Shown piece after piece: positions 61,290 through 64,000 of a stretch of DNA of 64,000 nt. A model generated the notes under the pieces. The model was given only the letters and a program-made list of their open reading frames with translations, did no database searches and had not been told where the DNA came from. Each line of letters starts with the position of its first letter. Position 1 is the first letter of the stretch. The translations under genes were made by a program, and so were the position numbers. Origin of the DNA: Ascidiella aspersa. Taxonomy: Eukaryota. The stretch covers positions 19,220,001 to 19,284,000 of the forward strand of contig OZ004609.1 in the NCBI GenBank assembly GCA_963924565.1. The letters are read 5' to 3'.

Positions 61290-62908
61290 GCCCTCGCTGG
61301 AATTTCAAAATGCCATTATCAGTATTATTTGTAAGTGTAATATGTATTACTTATGATGGAGGTTAAAAATATTATAAATTATTGTCCCCAGTGGCGTATC
61401 CAGGGGGGTGGGGGTCTTACCCCCCTTTTCGTAAGTGATATTATTGTTTTTTGTTCGTTTTGTCACGGTTTCACAAACTGCTAGAAGCGGCGTGCTTGAC
61501 AAGTAATTGGGTTACGCGTCTTAAGCTAATTCGAAACCAAAATCGAGCGCAAATCGCCGTTTTTCGTATTTTGTTTGGTCTGCCGTAAACGCCGGATAGT
61601 TTTCGTTATCCGGTTAGGTCAGGGGTCGGCAACCTTTCGTATGTGGCATTTTATGAATAATGTCAAATATTGACAACTCGCGTGCCAAACGTTTTTTTTT
61701 TTCTATATTTGGTATTGCACTTGGAACCAAAACTGCCGAGTCGGTTAAAAACAACCCGAGTTCGGCCAAATGTGCGATTTTGTCGAGTCCCTAATCTGCG
61801 TCCGACTCTACAGCCTGTATTTCACCCATTCACGTAATTAAATAAGAGGAATATTCGGCAATCCACTAATGGGGATCATTAGAACTACAACGAACTGTCA
61901 CAAACACAATACTGTGACCGCTATTTTCGATTATACTTCGAAGTGTTAACTATCAGTTTCGCTTTTAGCTTGGTTTTTCAGTCGCACAAAAACACACGTG
62001 CTTACTTTTAACGTTGATTGCCCTGATTTGACGCAGTAACATCACTCCACTTTTGGGGCACGGTTAGTCGTGAACAACAAGTTTCATGCTCACAAAAAAT
62101 TATGTTAAATACAACAGTTAAGAAACTAATTTGTGACCTGAGCACTGCAGATTGAACTATAGACGCAATTAATGTTCCTCGCTAATATCCGATGTTGGTG
62201 TAACATCGGCATTTGTTTAACTGAAGCGGATTTTGAAAAGGAGGTATAATGATGACTATCGTGCGCGTTTCAAAGCCTCCATTTTTATGTAATGATAGTT
62301 AACGCGAAACTATGCTCTTTAAGCATATTCTAAATCTAAGACCACGTGTTTAGTGTGCAATTGATACAACTGATTTTTCCTCAACCGCAGCTTGTAATTT
62401 AGCTGACTTGGCACACAGCTCGGCGCAGATGTTGCGCTAATCGTGGCATAATAACACCCGGGGAAAAACGTTCTTTGTTTAGTATTGAAATGCGTGCTTG
62501 TAATTTAGCGCTAGTTCCGTTCATGGAATTTAGAAAACTGCGCTGCTGATAGTCGAATTATGTATCATTCTATCACAATTTTTTCGCCTGAATTTAACGA
62601 TTGCACACTGTGGTTTCGCAGCTGGCGCCTTGCAGGATTGTCCACGACGTACGTGCTCGTTTTGCGTCTAAAGATTCGCTTTTGCTGGACGTTATTTGGC
62701 TGTTTCTGTTATAATTTTTTTATGACGTCTTGCAATCACCATTCTATGACGTCATACCGTCGCTGTTTTATGACGTCATTATTCATTAACGTCAGACGGA
62801 AAATAGGGGAATTCCCTAAGTTAAAAATTCAGGACCCGCCTTTTTGATTTTCTGGATACGCCCCTAATTGCCCCCCCCCCCTTGGAAAATTTTCTGCGGG
62901 CGCCTCTG
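61290..62908. mobile_element. Second copy of the composite hAT-type element (inner element 61389-62866; extra insertion from 61620)
   Basis: Colinear similarity to 40590-41646; inner TIRs CAGTGGCGTATCCAG / CTGGATACGCCCCTA; TSD ATTGTCCC/ATTGCCCC; outer right end CTGCGGGCGCCTCTG. Confidence 0.85.
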
Positions 62909-63237
62909 GTTGGAATGCACAATAAGCCGGATTTATTTTGATCAGACAAAGGCAACTATCACACACATGCTGCTGCATTGGTATTAATCAGATTTTGCTG
63001 TTCTGTAAGTTAATTGGTGCAAGTTTCAACGAAATAGCTCGTCACGTTGGGTCTAAAGGTCGATTTTCGTTTTATGACTTTGCATGGTTCCGCATATTTA
63101 CGTCTGTTAAACATTAACTAGAAAGGCGTGACCACAAAATCAGTGTTGAGATGATGCAGCAAATACGTTTTAATAACTTCCGTAGCTGTTTTCACCTAGG
63201 TTATAGTTCCACTACAAGCTTGTGAAAAACAAGAAAA

Positions 63238-64000
63238 ATGGCGTCAGTTCTACTTGTTCACGACCCAAACAATCCAAAAACTAAAACATTTTATCATGAT
63301 GAGACTTTGCCGTCTTTGCCCTTGCCGAGTTTAGAACAAACAATTAAAAAATACCTCGAATCGTGCAAGGCAGTATTGTCAGAAGAGGATCTTAAAACAA
63401 CTGAGGCGATATGCTCTGCGTTTCTAGAAGGTGAAGGTAAAACATTACATAAGAAACTTTCTGAAAGAGCAAAAGTGAAAAAGAACTGGCTTGAGGAATG
63501 GTGGTTAAATAAAGTTTACTTAGATGGACGATGGGCTCTTCCTTTAGGGAATTTTTCAGGGCCTGGAACTTACATGGAACATTACTGGCCGTTGGAGGAG
63601 GGGTCGCTAATACACCGGTCAGCATTAGGGATGTACATTTTTATGCAGTTTTGGAAGTTGGTTCGCAAAGAGATGATCACTGCCCATAAAACATCAGATG
63701 GCAAGCCTCTCACCATGCACCAATTTAGATATCTTTTCAACACATGCAGAATCCCAAAAAGAGGCACTGATGTTCTACATCACAGTTTCAAAACTGAAGC
63801 AGAAGGTTATTCACCAACCCATATTATTGTTTTGTTCAAGGGTTACATTTTTAAAATGCCAGGCACCAACCCCACAACAGGAGAGATCTGCACCCCAGGT
63901 GAATTTCACCTGATGTATAAACACATCTATGAAAAATGCAGTTCAAGGCCAGCAGGGCCGGGTGTGGCTGCTTTAACATGTTTGGAGCGTGACCAGTGGG
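63238..64000 (+). CDS. CROT: Peroxisomal carnitine O-octanoyltransferase, 5' part (runs off the window)
   Basis: Uninterrupted ORF: TFYHDETLPSLPLPSLEQTIKKYLES...KNWLEEWWLNKVYLD...NFSGP..MEHYWP...MHQFRYLFNTCRIP...GPGVAALTCLERDQW; closest in my recall to CROT among carnitine acyltransferases. Confidence 0.92.
   Translation, partial: MASVLLVHDPNNPKTKTFYHDETLPSLPLPSLEQTIKKYLESCKAVLSEEDLKTTEAICSAFLEGEGKTLHKKLSERAKVKKNWLEEWWLNKVYLDGRWALPLGNFSGPGTYMEHYWPLEEGSLIHRSALGMYIFMQFWKLVRKEMITAHKTSDGKPLTMHQFRYLFNTCRIPKRGTDVLHHSFKTEAEGYSPTHIIVLFKGYIFKMPGTNPTTGEICTPGEFHLMYKHIYEKCSSRPAGPGVAALTCLERDQW

Overview
AT-rich animal (invertebrate-type, plausibly tunicate; species not determinable here) genomic DNA with spliceosomal introns. 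All gene models were assembled by eye from GT-AG sites and phase continuity. (1) 883-33191 (+): a DLC1/STARD13/STARD8-family SAM-RhoGAP-START gene with 14 coding exons (~1088 aa). Its 21.5-kb third intron holds a probable alternative 293-codon first exon. (2) 39633-34719 (-): an unrecognised 7-exon gene (~758 aa) with a basic, disordered N-terminus and a coiled coil. (3) 40.5-46.5 kb: a transposon nest, made of a composite hAT-type MITE and a dead ZMYM1/THAP12-type hAT transposase broken by five insertions, each with a readable TSD. (4) 54940-47157 (-): a small mitochondrial-presequence, single-TM, acidic-tail protein (MGARP-like architecture) with candidate 15/8/10-nt microexons and alternative C-termini. 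One of its introns holds a 108-bp inverted pair of Penelope-type minimal hammerhead ribozymes, and only the copy in the host-sense orientation has a mutated core. (5) 56-63 kb: nested MITEs. (6) 63238-end (+): the intron-free 5' part of a carnitine O-octanoyltransferase (CROT). CpG content appears mosaic by eye.
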